From: an uncultured delta proteobacterium
GTDB lineage: Bacteria > Desulfobacterota > WTBG01
Reading direction: 5' to 3'
Assembly: GCA_963793865.1 (NCBI GenBank)
Contig: CAWCBP010000009.1
Coordinates: 1-64,000, forward strand
Length of the DNA: 64,000 nucleotides
A program made the position numbers and the translations under genes. The notes below the pieces were generated by a model that saw nothing but the letters and a program-made list of their open reading frames with translations, did not search any database and was not told the DNA's origin. Shown here one piece after another: positions 31,677-42,586 of this stretch; the first letter of the stretch is position 1; every line of letters starts with the position of its first letter.

Positions 31677-34600
31677 CTACTTGTTGCCGCGGCGAACCTT
31701 GATCTTCTTATCTTTCTTCTCCTTCTTCGCAAGGATTTTCAGACAGTCTTCGGCGGCATATGCCGTACTGCCTTTATCTTCCTTGAGACTGAAGGTTATG
31801 GTGAGCGGGATTGTTTGACCGGCCACCTCTTCAAGCAGCAGTCCGCTGATGACCTCCGCTTTTTTGAATTTAAGCGTCAGGTCCTTGTAGCCGTCGCCGT
31901 AGAGGCTGTTGCAGTCGCAGAGCTCACCCTCGAAAGGCGTGGCAACATCCGCGTAGTTATAGCGAATGGGGGCCACTCCTCCGGCAATACCCTCCCTGCT
32001 GAGCATGATGGTGGCTGGATCGATATCCTTCACGTCAAAGTCTTTTGACCCGAGGATAGCGACCGGCAGCACCCCGTTGCTCTTCAGGTTAAGCGGATTC
32101 GGACAGGAACCGGGTTTGATATCCATCGTAATGGTTATCTCCTTCGGATCGCAGGAATCCTTTTCCTCATTGCACACAGTTCCTGCTGCGCAGGGATCAC
32201 CGGTTGATATACAGCCGTTAACCGCGTCACAGAACTCGGTGCCGTTGCAGAATTTGCCGTCATCCGGGCAATATTCGTCGTCAGCCGTGTTCACGCAGCT
32301 GTCCGTGTCCTCGTTGCAGGAATCCACGGTACAGTCCACACCGTCGTTGCAGTCAACCGGGATTCCGTCCTGGCATACTCCGGTTACCGGCGGGTTGGTT
32401 CCGGTTGCCTTTGCATAGGCATTACAGGTTTCAATGCCGTTGCAGAAGATGCCGTCATCGCAGTCTTTGTTAGCGGTGCAACCTTCCGGCAATGAGTCGC
32501 AGGTGTCATTTTTCTCATTGCAAACAGTAGCGCCTGGAGTACAGGGATTGCCGCTGCTTACGCACGAATCATCGGCCTCATTGCAGGACTCGGTGCCGTT
32601 GCAGAACAGGCCATCGTCCGCACAGCTTACCTCTGTTCCGCCCTGGCAGCCCTTCACCGGATCGCAGACTTCATTGCCATTACAGAAATTCCCATCATCA
32701 CAGGCCGCATTGTCGGGCGCGTGGTCACAGGTGTCGGTTGCTTCGTTGCAGGAATCCATGGTGCAGTCCAGACCGTCATTGCAGTCAATCGGGATTCCGT
32801 CCTGGCAGACTCCGACGACAGGCGGCGTCGTTCCTCCGCTTGCCTTTGCATAGGCATTACAGGTTTCAACGCCGTTGCAGAAAATGCCGTCATCGCACTC
32901 TGCATCGGATTTACAGCCTTCAGGCAATGGGTCACAGGTGTCAGTCTTCTCATTGCAGACTGTCGTGTCCGGATTGCAGGGATTGCCGCTGCTTGCGCAG
33001 GAATCCTTGGCCTCATTGCAGGACTCGGTGCCGTTGCAGAACAGACCATCGTCCGCACAGCTTACTGCTGTTCCGTCCTGGCAGCCCTTAACCGGATCGC
33101 AGATTTCATTCCCATTACAGAAATCCCCGTCGTCACAGACTGCATTGTCGGGGGCATGGTCGCACTTGTCCATCGCTTCGTTGCAGGAGTCGATGGTGCA
33201 GTCCAGACCGTCATTGCAGTCAACCGGTGTGCCGGCCTTGCATACTCCGGGGACAGGTGGTGGAGGAGTTCCGGTTGATTTTGCATAATAAACACTACAG
33301 GTTTCAATGCCGTTGCAGAAGATGCCGTCATCGCATTCCGCGTCAGAGGTACACCCTTCCACCGGCACTTCATCGCAGACATTAGTTTCTTCATTGCAGG
33401 TCGTGCCTGGAGCACAGGGGTTGCCGCTACTTACACAAGAATCAGCGGCATCACTGCAGGACTCGGTGCCGTTGCAGAACATGCCGTCGTCCGGGCATTC
33501 AACCGGTGTTCCGGGCTGACAGCCGGTCACCGTGCAGAGTTCGTTTCCGTTGCAGAAATTCCCATCGTCACAGACGGCGTTATTAGGAGCGTGGTCACAG
33601 CTGTCCGTAGCTTCATTGCATGAATCAGTGGTACAGGCTACCTCGTCATTGCAATCAACAGGAATTCCATTCTGGCAGGAGCCTTCAACGCAGGTTTCCG
33701 CGCCGTCGCAGTATAATCCGTTGTCGCACTCCGCGTCACCTTCACACCCCGGGGCTTGATCGCAGACGTTTGTCTCCTCGTTACAAACCGTACCCGGCGT
33801 TGTACAGGGGTTGCCGCTGCTTATGCACGCATCGCTTGCCTCGTCGCAGGACTCGGTACCGTTGCAGAAACTCCCGTCATCCGGGCAGCTTACTGCCGTG
33901 CCGGCTACACAGCCGCTCGCCGTGCAGACTTCATTTCCATTGCAGAACAGTCCATCGTCACAGGCTGCATTGTTGGTGGTGTTGTCACACATGTCCATAG
34001 ATTCATCGCATGAATCGGTGGTGCAGGCTACCCCGTCATTGCAGTCAACCGTCGTTCCGGCCTGGCACTGCCCGGTCCCGGTGTTGCAGGTTTCAATGCC
34101 GTTGCAATAGAGCCCGTCATCACATTCTGGATCAGTGGCGCACCCTACAACAGCACAGCTGTCCGTGTCCTCATTGCAAACCTGAGGCGGAGTGCAGGGA
34201 TCGCCGCTGCTCGCGCAGGAATCGGTAGCCTCATCGCATGACTCTGTGCCGTTGCAGAAAAAGCCATCGTCTGGGCAGCTTACCGCCGTGCCGGTACACA
34301 ACCGCTTGCCGGATTACAAACTTCGGCACCATTACAGTATAGCCCATCGGTACAGACTGCGTTGTTGGGGATGTAGTCACAGCTGTCCGTAGCTTCATTA
34401 CAGGAATCGGTGGTGCAGGCTATCGCGTCATTGCAGACAATCGCTGTGCCGGGCTGGCACTGACCGGTTCCGATATTACAGGTCTCTGCGCCATTGCAAT
34501 AAATGCCGTCATCACATTGGACATTACCGGTACAGCCGGCTGCTGCTATTGTGACGGAGAGTGCATTGGTGCCCATCGTGGCGTCGTACACTATACCACT

Positions 34601-35116
34601 CGTGCATCCTACCGTCGTATCAAAACCCTCTATTCCTTTAACAGAAATGTTACCGGTACCATTTGCCAGGCACTGGAAGGTTACCTTCGCTATAATAACA
34701 TCACCACCGGCATCAGGTACCGGGCAGGTACCTAACTGTACCAATGCCAGCACATAGGAACCTGGTCCATAAGCATCAGGTATCTTAAGGGTGGCAGTTC
34801 CATCCCAGGGCACCAGCAATGTCAACGCCATCATAAGCCAGAACACTTACGAGACTCACCTGGGCTGGATTGTAAAACATCTCAAATCCGCTTGATATAA
34901 TTGACTCAGGTATTTCGGCTGCCCAGATGTCAATGGAAAAAGTATCACCCGGATTAAGTGTTTCTGGGTTAACCGTATCGCAGGTTTTGAGACGGTTGTC
35001 CGCCCGCCAGGATTGCCTGCTTCCAAGACATCCTGGCAATAGCTTTGGGCAAAGGCAGAGCCTGCCATCAAGCTGAAAACAAAAACCAGCATGCAAAAAA
35101 ATGAAAGCTTTTTCAT
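31677..35116 (-). CDS. Large secreted Cys/Asp-rich repeat protein (~1140 aa); frameshifts near 35000, 34830 and 34300
   Basis: Signal peptide MKKLSFFCMLVFVFSLMAGSAFA with RBS GGAGGAGG, about six super-repeats with CDDGxFCNGxExC and CTxDSC, and a C-terminal DIKPGSCPNPLN domain. Confidence 0.8.
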
Positions 35117-35534
35117 TGTTCGTACCTCCTCCATGAATTGAAATTGAATTGGAAAGCAAATGAATAGAACCGTGCCTTTCACCTCCTTTCACATGGCAAT
35201 AATTTGATGATTAAAGTAGATTATGTTGGTAAGACCGAAGGTCATCATTATTAACAGAGGAAAGTTTTCTCTATTTGTTATTATTAGCCATTCTGATTTT
35301 AAGGAAAATCAAAGCAATAAAAGCTCATAAATCGTAGTGTATTATATACTCTATTATATCGAATTGTCAAATATTTTTTCTTCGCATTTTTTAATATAAA
35401 TGATTTAATCTGCTTAGGCAATGGGTTAAAGATAGTATTTTGTTTATAGCAACATAGTATTTATTATATTATATTAAAAATTTGTGGTTATCGGAAAATT
35501 GTTAATCAACCCCCCTTTTTCTTATTTTGTTTAT

Positions 35535-36107
35535 CTACAATACTTCCCCTATCTCCATACTTAAAAGCTTATTTTTTATACTTATTCCATCTCCTGCAGA
35601 AAAGCCGCCTATCCTCCCGTCACCCCTTATGATGCGGTGACAGGGAACAATTAAAGGAAAGGGGTTTTTGGCCAGGGCATTGCCCACTGCCCGCGCACTA
35701 TTGGGAGAGTCAATCTTCCGCGCCAGACCGCTGTAGGTGTCAACCGAGCCGTACGGAATCTGCGCGGCAGCCTTGAGCACCTTCTTCTGGAAGGCGGTGA
35801 GAGAAGACCAGTCCACCGGCACGCTGCCGAGAGCGACGTTCTCTCCGGAACAGTAGCGCTCGAGCCGTTTTATGATCGCCCTCATCCCCCTTGAGGGATG
35901 TACCTCCATGGCATCTCTGAAGGCTTCTTTGATGTGCCGTTTAATCTGATGCTGCCGGGAATACCCTATGAAGAGCCTCTTTACATTCCTCCCTTTCATG
36001 ACCATGCCGCACCAGCCAATGGCTGTTTTGAAAACCGTGAATGACGGCGGCGCACCGCCGGTGCCTGTGACGCTCATTGCAAGCCTCCGGATTTGTGTCC
36101 CGTGCAT
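35535..36107 (-). CDS. ogt: Methylated-DNA--protein-cysteine methyltransferase
   Basis: IPYG, ARAVGNA and VPCHR motifs. Confidence 0.92.
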   Translation of the reverse strand: MHGTQIRRLAMSVTGTGGAPPSFTVFKTAIGWCGMVMKGRNVKRLFIGYSRQHQIKRHIKEAFRDAMEVHPSRGMRAIIKRLERYCSGENVALGSVPVDWSSLTAFQKKVLKAAAQIPYGSVDTYSGLARKIDSPNSARAVGNALAKNPFPLIVPCHRIIRGDGRIGGFSAGDGISIKNKLLSMEIGEVL

Positions 36108-36192
36108 CGCGGGACCGGATAAAAAAACCTTGACATCTGTAGATAAAATGGTAGATTAGCGCACTATTTAACGGTGAGGAGACGAAAAAAGC

Positions 36193-36468
36193 ATGATGAG
36201 ACATAAATCAGCGGAAAAACGGGCACGGCAGAACAAAAAGAGCTACCAGCGCAATCGGGCTATCAAATCATCCGTGAAGACAGGCGTTAAGAATCTCACG
36301 ACCGTTCTGGAAACGAAGAACAGGGAAGAAAGCGCCACGGTGTTGAAGAAGGTCATTTCCACCATCAGCAGGGCTGCCTCCAAGGGAGTTATTCACAAGA
36401 AGACAGCCTCACGCAAGATATCCCGCCTCACCAAAAGGGTTAACAAGCAGCCGGCTGTCCAGGGTTGA
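36193..36468 (+). CDS. rpsT: 30S ribosomal protein S20
   Basis: HKSAEKRARQ...KGVIHKKTASRKISRL. Confidence 0.96.
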   Translation: MMRHKSAEKRARQNKKSYQRNRAIKSSVKTGVKNLTTVLETKNREESATVLKKVISTISRAASKGVIHKKTASRKISRLTKRVNKQPAVQG

Positions 36469-36488
36469 CAGCCGCTGTTCCCCGACGC

Positions 36489-37478
36489 TCACAGGGCGCA
36501 GAGCCGGGAGATCATATCCTCAAGTATAATTTTCTCACTGATCCTGCTTGATTTAAGCTTTCTGTCCGACTGAAAGAGAAGGCTGAAGCAAAGCCGCGCA
36601 TCTTCCAGGGAAAAGGCTTCTGCATGCCCGGCAAACTCCCGGAGATGAAAGTTGTTAACCCCCAGCTGTTTCCCCGCGTCTGCAGCGGTGCTTCCGCTGT
36701 GCATCATCTCCCGCGCCCGCACCATTAAGCGGTAGTGACGGGCTATCATTCCCAGTATTTTCAGAGACGGCTCGCCCGCATCCAAAAGGCGGTTCAATAC
36801 ATGGAACGCCTTTTGCCGGTCTTTTACGCCAAGAGAGTCAGTCAGGTTGAAAATGCTTGTCTCCTTCACCCCGGCAATGACCGCCTCCACATCTTCCCGT
36901 TCAATTACCCGCTTTTCACCTGCGTAGAGGCCGATCTTCTCCAGCTCATTGGAGATGCGCTGCAAATCGTTTTCCAGGGTCTCGCCCAGCAGCGCCGCCG
37001 CTTCCCTGCTGATCTGCTTGCCGCGTTCCTTCGCCATCCGTCTGATCCACTCCGGCATTTCATTCCTGAAGGGATGATAGAAGCGCACCGCTACGCCCTT
37101 TTTCTTAAACAGGGAGGTGATCTCTGCTTTCGGCGCGGTGGCGCCGGTGCAAAAAACCAGGCAGGTGGAAGGAGGGGGCTGCTCAAAGTAGGCTGAAAAG
37201 TTCTTCCACGATGATTTAAACTGGTCGGCCTCTTTTACCACCACCAGCCGACGCTTGCCGGCCAGCGGCAGCGTCTGAGCGGCAGTGATAACCTGGCGGG
37301 GATCGCTTTCCCCGCCATAGAAAAGCGAGAGGTTGAAGCTTGCCAGGCGGGGATCAACCAAAAGTTTTTTAAGCCGGTCTACCGTTGTATCGATTAAAAA
37401 AGTGTCCTCCCCGTAAAACAGATACAGGGGGGCAATAATGCCCTTCTCCAGGTCCTTTTGCAGTTCCAGGGGCTTCAC
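36489..37478 (-). CDS. holA: DNA polymerase III delta subunit
   Basis: PLYLFYGED and NELEK motifs; leuS-lptE-holA synteny. Confidence 0.9.
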   Translation of the reverse strand: MKPLELQKDLEKGIIAPLYLFYGEDTFLIDTTVDRLKKLLVDPRLASFNLSLFYGGESDPRQVITAAQTLPLAGKRRLVVVKEADQFKSSWKNFSAYFEQPPPSTCLVFCTGATAPKAEITSLFKKKGVAVRFYHPFRNEMPEWIRRMAKERGKQISREAAALLGETLENDLQRISNELEKIGLYAGEKRVIEREDVEAVIAGVKETSIFNLTDSLGVKDRQKAFHVLNRLLDAGEPSLKILGMIARHYRLMVRAREMMHSGSTAADAGKQLGVNNFHLREFAGHAEAFSLEDARLCFSLLFQSDRKLKSSRISEKIILEDMISRLCAL

Positions 37479-37482
37479 CGGC

Positions 37483-37998
37483 TTAAAACCCCTCGATAAT
37501 GCTGTCGTGGATCCGTTCCGCCAATTCAGCGGCCGTCATTTTCAATGCAATTTTTTTGTTGGCTTCGGTTTCGGCGATCTCGGCCGCGACGCTGTATTCC
37601 TCAAAGTGGTAGAGGCCTTTGTTTCGCCAGAGAATTTCAGCGGTGTCCTTTCTTTCCAGGGTTATATCGAGCGCTAGCCGCGTGCGGTATTCCAGCGCCC
37701 GGTCGTCCCGGTCATAGGAGATGACCGATTCGCTGAATTCTTCGATGCGGCCCCGGATCACCGCGTCCGCCCGGGCTTCGTCCACCACTGAAATGAACTT
37801 GCTTTTCACAAATTCATCCACCAGCGCTTCCGTCACGTACCGCTCCAGTCCGGGTTCAAAGCTCTTATTCGCGAAGTAGGGAATGGCTATGGAGTCAATG
37901 CCCGCCAGCACCCCGCTCTCCCGGCCGATGAAGTGATAGCCGCATCCCGCCAGACTGCATAACAGCAGCACTGCTATTGTCGCCCCTGCATGTTTCAC
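37483..37998 (-). CDS. lptE: LptE-family lipoprotein
   Basis: Lipobox LAGC followed by GYHF; synteny. Confidence 0.85.
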   Translation of the reverse strand: MKHAGATIAVLLLCSLAGCGYHFIGRESGVLAGIDSIAIPYFANKSFEPGLERYVTEALVDEFVKSKFISVVDEARADAVIRGRIEEFSESVISYDRDDRALEYRTRLALDITLERKDTAEILWRNKGLYHFEEYSVAAEIAETEANKKIALKMTAAELAERIHDSIIEGF

Positions 37999-38005
37999 CG
38001 TGCCC

Positions 38006-40585
38006 TCATTTCACAACGATATTAACCAGCTTTCCCGGCACCACGATCACCTTTTTGATCGCGCCGCCCGCAATCCATTTTTTCAGCGTGTCGTCGGCCA
38101 GGGCCCTCGCCTGTATCTCCTCCCCGGAGGAATCGGCCGGCACCACGACGTTGCTCCGCAGCTTGCCGTTTACCTGCACCACGATGGTGATCTCGTCCTC
38201 GGTGATGGCAGCGGGGTCATAAGCGGGCCAGGTCGCCTTAAAGATGCTTTCCCGGTTGCCCAGGAGCTCCCAGAGTTCTTCCGCCAGGTGGGGGACCATG
38301 GGGGCAAGAAGAAGGATCACCGCTTGTATGGCCTCCTTGATTACCGGGAGCGCCGTTGCGTCCCGGACTGCGGCGATGTCAAACTGGTAGATGGCGTTGA
38401 CCAGCTCCATGACCGCGCTTATGGCGGTATTGAAGTGAAAGCGGTCTTCGATGTCGCCCGATACCTTCCTGATGGTGGCGTGCGTTTTCAGCCGCAGCTT
38501 CTTCAGGGCCGGGTCGGTCAGCGCCGTCCCGCCCAAAGGCGGTACCGGCTTGAGCAGGTCAAGATGATCAACCGTCATCCTCCAGACGCGGTTCAAAAAG
38601 CGGAAGGCGCCCTCCACCCCCTGGTCATTCCAGTCCAGGTCTTTTTCTGGCGGCGATGCAAAGAGGCAGAAGAGCCGCGCCGTATCCGCGCCGTACTGGT
38701 CAATCAGGGTCTGGGGATCGACGATGTTTCTGGTGGTTTTGGACATCTTTTCAATGCGGCCGACGGTGACCGGCTTGCTGCAGTGTTTGCAGACGCCCTG
38801 GGAGACCTCTTCGGGGTAAAGCCACCCGTGCACGTCGCATCGCAGCGTCTCCTTGCAGACCATGCCCTGGGTGAGGAGATTGGTGAATGGCTCATCAACC
38901 CCGACGAGGCCCATGTCACGCAGGACCTTGGTGAAAAACCTGGCGTAGAGCAGGTGCAGCACGGCGTGCTCAATGCCCCCGACGTACTGATCGACGGGCA
39001 TCCAGTAGTCGACCGCCGCCCGGTCGAGCGGGGAGCGGTCATGAGCGGGGCAGGCATAGCGGGCGAAATACCAGGACGACTCCACGAAGGTGTCCATGGT
39101 GTCGGTTTCTCTCAGGGCGGCCCCTCCGCAGAGGGGACAGCAGGTATCGGCAAAATCGGCGCAGTTTTTAAGGGGGGATCCGCCCAGCTCTTTTATCTCT
39201 ATTTCACGCGGCAAAATGACCGGGAGCTGTTCGTCGGGCACGGGCACCGTGCCGCAGGCCGGGCAATGGATAAAGGGGATGGGGTTTCCCCAGTAGCGCT
39301 GCCGCGAGATGCCCCAGTCCTTGAGGCGATAATTGACCGCCCGCCTGCCCTGCCCCGTATTTTCCAGGTGATCGGTAATGGCATCCATGGCCTTCCGGTT
39401 GTGAATGCCGTTGAAGGATTCGGAATTGACCATGATCCCGTCGCCCAGGTAGGCCTCGGACATTCCTTCCGGGTTGAGCGTTTCTCCCTCGGGCTGAATG
39501 ACCACGATGCGTTCCAGGCCGTATTTTGCGGCAAACTCGAAGTCCCGCTGATCGTGGGTGGGAACCGCCATCACCGCCCCCGTCCCGTATTCCATGAGAA
39601 CAAAGTTGGCAACGAAAATGGGCATTCTGCGCCGGGTGACGGGGTTGATGCAGTAGGCGCCGGTGAAGACGCCCTCCTTTTCCTGGTCCTCGGCGGAGCG
39701 GACAATTTTATCCTGCCTGATTACCTTCTCGACGAATGCCTGCACCGCCTGTGCCTGCCCGGTGCCGCGGGAGAGCTGGAGCGCCAGGGGATTTTCGGGT
39801 GCCAGGCTCATGAAGGTCGCGCCGAAGAGGGTATCCGGCCTGGTGGTAAACACGGTTATGGACTGCTCGTGCCCCTCGACCGGAAAATTAATTTCGGTCC
39901 CGACACTCTTCCCGATCCAGTTCTTCTGCATGGTGATGACCCGCTCGGGCCAGCCGGTGAGCCTGTTGCAGCAGTCCAGCAGCTCCTCGGCATAGCGGGT
40001 GATTCTGAAGAACCACCCATCCAGCTCCTTCTGGGTCACCTCGGAGCCGCAGCGCCAGCACGCGCCGCCCTCGACCTGCTCGTTGGCCAGGACCGTCCGG
40101 CACTTCCCGCACCAGTTGACGAACGATTTCTTCTTGTATACCAGGTCCCGCTCATACATCCGCAGGAAGAGCCACTGCTCCCATTTATAATAGAGCGGGT
40201 CGCAGGTGGCGATCTCCCGGCCCCAGTCGTAGCTGAATCCCATCCTTTTCAGCTGGGCCTTCATGTAGGCAATATTCTCATAGGTCCATTGTGCCGGGTG
40301 GACACCCCGTTCCAGGGCGGCGTTTTCCGCCGGCATGCCGAAGGCGTCCCATCCCATGGGATGGAGGACGTTATACCCCTGCATCATCTTGTAGCGGGCG
40401 ATGACGTCCCCGATGGAATAGTTTCTGACATGCCCCATGTGGATGCGCCCTGAAGGATAGGGGAACATTTCGAGCAGATAGTACTTTTTCTTCCCGGGGG
40501 ACTCGCTTACTTCATAGGCGCGGGTGTGCTCCCAGCGCTGCTGCCACTTTAGTTCGATCTCATGAGGTTTGTAGGGTTCTGCCAT
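38006..40585 (-). CDS. leuS: Leucine--tRNA ligase
   Basis: [22 protein letters not shown] and KMSK motifs. Confidence 0.98.
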   Translation of the reverse strand: MAEPYKPHEIELKWQQRWEHTRAYEVSESPGKKKYYLLEMFPYPSGRIHMGHVRNYSIGDVIARYKMMQGYNVLHPMGWDAFGMPAENAALERGVHPAQWTYENIAYMKAQLKRMGFSYDWGREIATCDPLYYKWEQWLFLRMYERDLVYKKKSFVNWCGKCRTVLANEQVEGGACWRCGSEVTQKELDGWFFRITRYAEELLDCCNRLTGWPERVITMQKNWIGKSVGTEINFPVEGHEQSITVFTTRPDTLFGATFMSLAPENPLALQLSRGTGQAQAVQAFVEKVIRQDKIVRSAEDQEKEGVFTGAYCINPVTRRRMPIFVANFVLMEYGTGAVMAVPTHDQRDFEFAAKYGLERIVVIQPEGETLNPEGMSEAYLGDGIMVNSESFNGIHNRKAMDAITDHLENTGQGRRAVNYRLKDWGISRQRYWGNPIPFIHCPACGTVPVPDEQLPVILPREIEIKELGGSPLKNCADFADTCCPLCGGAALRETDTMDTFVESSWYFARYACPAHDRSPLDRAAVDYWMPVDQYVGGIEHAVLHLLYARFFTKVLRDMGLVGVDEPFTNLLTQGMVCKETLRCDVHGWLYPEEVSQGVCKHCSKPVTVGRIEKMSKTTRNIVDPQTLIDQYGADTARLFCLFASPPEKDLDWNDQGVEGAFRFLNRVWRMTVDHLDLLKPVPPLGGTALTDPALKKLRLKTHATIRKVSGDIEDRFHFNTAISAVMELVNAIYQFDIAAVRDATALPVIKEAIQAVILLLAPMVPHLAEELWELLGNRESIFKATWPAYDPAAITEDEITIVVQVNGKLRSNVVVPADSSGEEIQARALADDTLKKWIAGGAIKKVIVVPGKLVNIVVK

Positions 40586-40702
40586 CAGATTGCATCCCGC
40601 TCGAATCGGATTGACCGTGTGACCCGGTGGAAAGAACAGGCCTCCTGAATGGTTGCTTTTCTAGCATATGCGCCCCTGTTTATCAAGGTAAAACCAGACC
40701 TT

Positions 40703-41800
40703 AAGGGGACGTTGTTGACAAATTGTACTTTCTCATTTATTCCGTTCCAGCATGCGCGCTATTGCTGAAGTTGATACGCCGAGCATGCGTGCTGTTTCCG
40801 CCAATGAAACGCCATATTCCATTACCAATTGACAGGCGAGATTTTTCCGCAGCTGTGGAAGCGGATGCCGCCTGCTTCCGGATTGCAGCAGCTCTTTTGT
40901 AATCCCTTCGTCTGTGCACATTTTTTCCAGTTTCCGGTTAGCTTTTTTTGCAGTGTTTACGGGAGGGATCTGATATTTTACCATGCCCTGTGCCTGAGCG
41001 AGCATCTCCTGGACAAATTCGCTGCTGCCTAAAATCCGCTCATCGCCCACTTCTTGAGAGCCCTGCTTTCGTCGCGCCCGTACAGCCGACCACCCGCCCA
41101 TCGATCGGATTAATCCCCCACCCGTCAGTTCGGATTGTCTTCCCTGGCTGCTTTGTTCCAGCACCTGCTGCCGGTATGCTTTCCGCGCACGGCTTTCTGT
41201 GGTACCGAAATACGCAAGTACTCTATCCCGGTCCTGCCAATGATTTTTCATCCGGTTCATAATCACGCCGTGTCCGCACCATGGATACGAATCCAGCTCT
41301 TCAAGGTTGTGAACCAGGCCTGCACGCAGCGGATTCAGATGAATATAGCAGACAAGTCTCAGAAAATATGGATCTTCCTCGCAGACAATCGATTTATACC
41401 GGTTTTGAAAAACATGCCCCCACCGATGATGCCGTCGATTGTAGGAACCGGCATACCCGGTCAGCAGTTTGCGCATAAAACCGGGCATACCGCCGTTTCC
41501 GCTGCGCAATAGAATATGGGCATGATTGCTCAGGATCGCCCAGGCATACACTGTCGTACCGGTTTTTGTAGCGGTTGTTCCCAGTCGGGAAACAAAATCA
41601 GCCCGGTCTTTGTCATCTTTGACGATCGGGCCTTTTTCAATGCCTCGGATCATTACATGATGCAATGTGCCGGGCGCATCCAACCTCGGTCCTCGCGGCA
41701 TATATCTGCCTCAGGTGCAATTTCCTGCAATATCCTATCAAGCAATGCTATATCGAGCAATACTATTTGAGTTTGTACAATTTGTCAACAACGTCCCCTT
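40703..41800. mobile_element. 1098-bp element: HUH/Y1 transposase flanked by perfect 26-bp inverted repeats
   Basis: AAGGGGACGTTGTTGACAAATTGTAC at 40703-40728 and its exact reverse complement at 41775-41800. Confidence 0.85.
40733..41701 (-). CDS. Y1 (HUH) tyrosine transposase, RAYT-like, with C-terminal HTH
   Basis: HHVMIRG, NHAHIL (HUH), GHVFQNRYKS, YIHLNP and C-terminal SLAETARMLGVSTSAI. Confidence 0.9.
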   Translation of the reverse strand: MPRGPRLDAPGTLHHVMIRGIEKGPIVKDDKDRADFVSRLGTTATKTGTTVYAWAILSNHAHILLRSGNGGMPGFMRKLLTGYAGSYNRRHHRWGHVFQNRYKSIVCEEDPYFLRLVCYIHLNPLRAGLVHNLEELDSYPWCGHGVIMNRMKNHWQDRDRVLAYFGTTESRARKAYRQQVLEQSSQGRQSELTGGGLIRSMGGWSAVRARRKQGSQEVGDERILGSSEFVQEMLAQAQGMVKYQIPPVNTAKKANRKLEKMCTDEGITKELLQSGSRRHPLPQLRKNLACQLVMEYGVSLAETARMLGVSTSAIARMLERNK

Positions 41801-41873
41801 CTTTTTTTGCAATTGACTTTTACTCCTGGCATGATAAAAATTTGTTCCATCAAAATGTAAGCGGTCAGAGCCT

Positions 41874-42398
41874 ATGCAGTCACAGGTGTCACATATAGGT
41901 ACGGTTTCTATAAAGATCCTGCTTTCCCTGCTGATGCTGTTACTGCATGCCGGTGCCATTGCATCAGGTCAGGCGGATCCGAAGGGAAGCGGCCGGAGTG
42001 CAGCGGCAGACGCGGCAGCCCCCCTGACGTTTTCCACCGGCTTTGTAAGCCTTTCCTCCGGCCACACCATTGCAGCATCCAATTTTGTCTTCAGCGACGG
42101 AAACGCCTTTGAGATAAAGATTCCCGGAGTGGATTGGCTCGAACCCTCCGGCTCATACACGCAAAGCGGACTTACGTTCAAGGCGGATTTTTCGGCCGCC
42201 GTCCGCAAGGGGGGAAAACACTACCGCTACACATTTTCCGCACAGGGAATCCGGCTTTTTGACAGCTACATTGGCGGCATCATGGAGCTTGATGAATGGA
42301 TCAACGAAACCGGACAGCATCAAAAGGTCACCTTTGTTTTCTGGGGAACATCCGAAGCGGCCGGTTCCGAAGAAAAGAAAAACCTCTTTCCGTTCTGA
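41874..42398 (+). CDS. Hypothetical exported beta-rich protein
   Basis: 174-aa ORF with a hydrophobic signal-like N-terminus; no recognisable family. Confidence 0.55.
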   Translation: MQSQVSHIGTVSIKILLSLLMLLLHAGAIASGQADPKGSGRSAAADAAAPLTFSTGFVSLSSGHTIAASNFVFSDGNAFEIKIPGVDWLEPSGSYTQSGLTFKADFSAAVRKGGKHYRYTFSAQGIRLFDSYIGGIMELDEWINETGQHQKVTFVFWGTSEAAGSEEKKNLFPF

Positions 42399-42586
42399 CG
42401 CTTTCCAGCAGAACCGTCGCGTTTACCGGGCACTATTTACGCTTGACAGTCAAGGGCACGGCATGTTAATCATCGCTCGGATTTTACCCTGTTTGTCATT
42501 GCGGTTCAGGGTTTTCCGGGACGAAGATCTCTGCACAACTTCATAATTTCACCGGTTTTAAGAAACATCACAGAAGGATTCCCGTT

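Noticed and set aside
31677..34560. Nucleotide repeats (e.g. GCCGTTGCAGAA) resembling a CRISPR array
   Set aside because: They encode protein repeats in frame, vary at synonymous sites, and have no unique spacers or nearby cas genes.
31462..35535. Genomic island integrated at tRNA-Arg
   Set aside because: No integrase and no duplicated tRNA 3' end seen; the Cys-rich gene lies on the 5' side of the tRNA.
38000..40453. 817-aa plus-strand ORF
   Set aside because: Antisense shadow of leuS, expected from GC-rich codon bias; no motifs.
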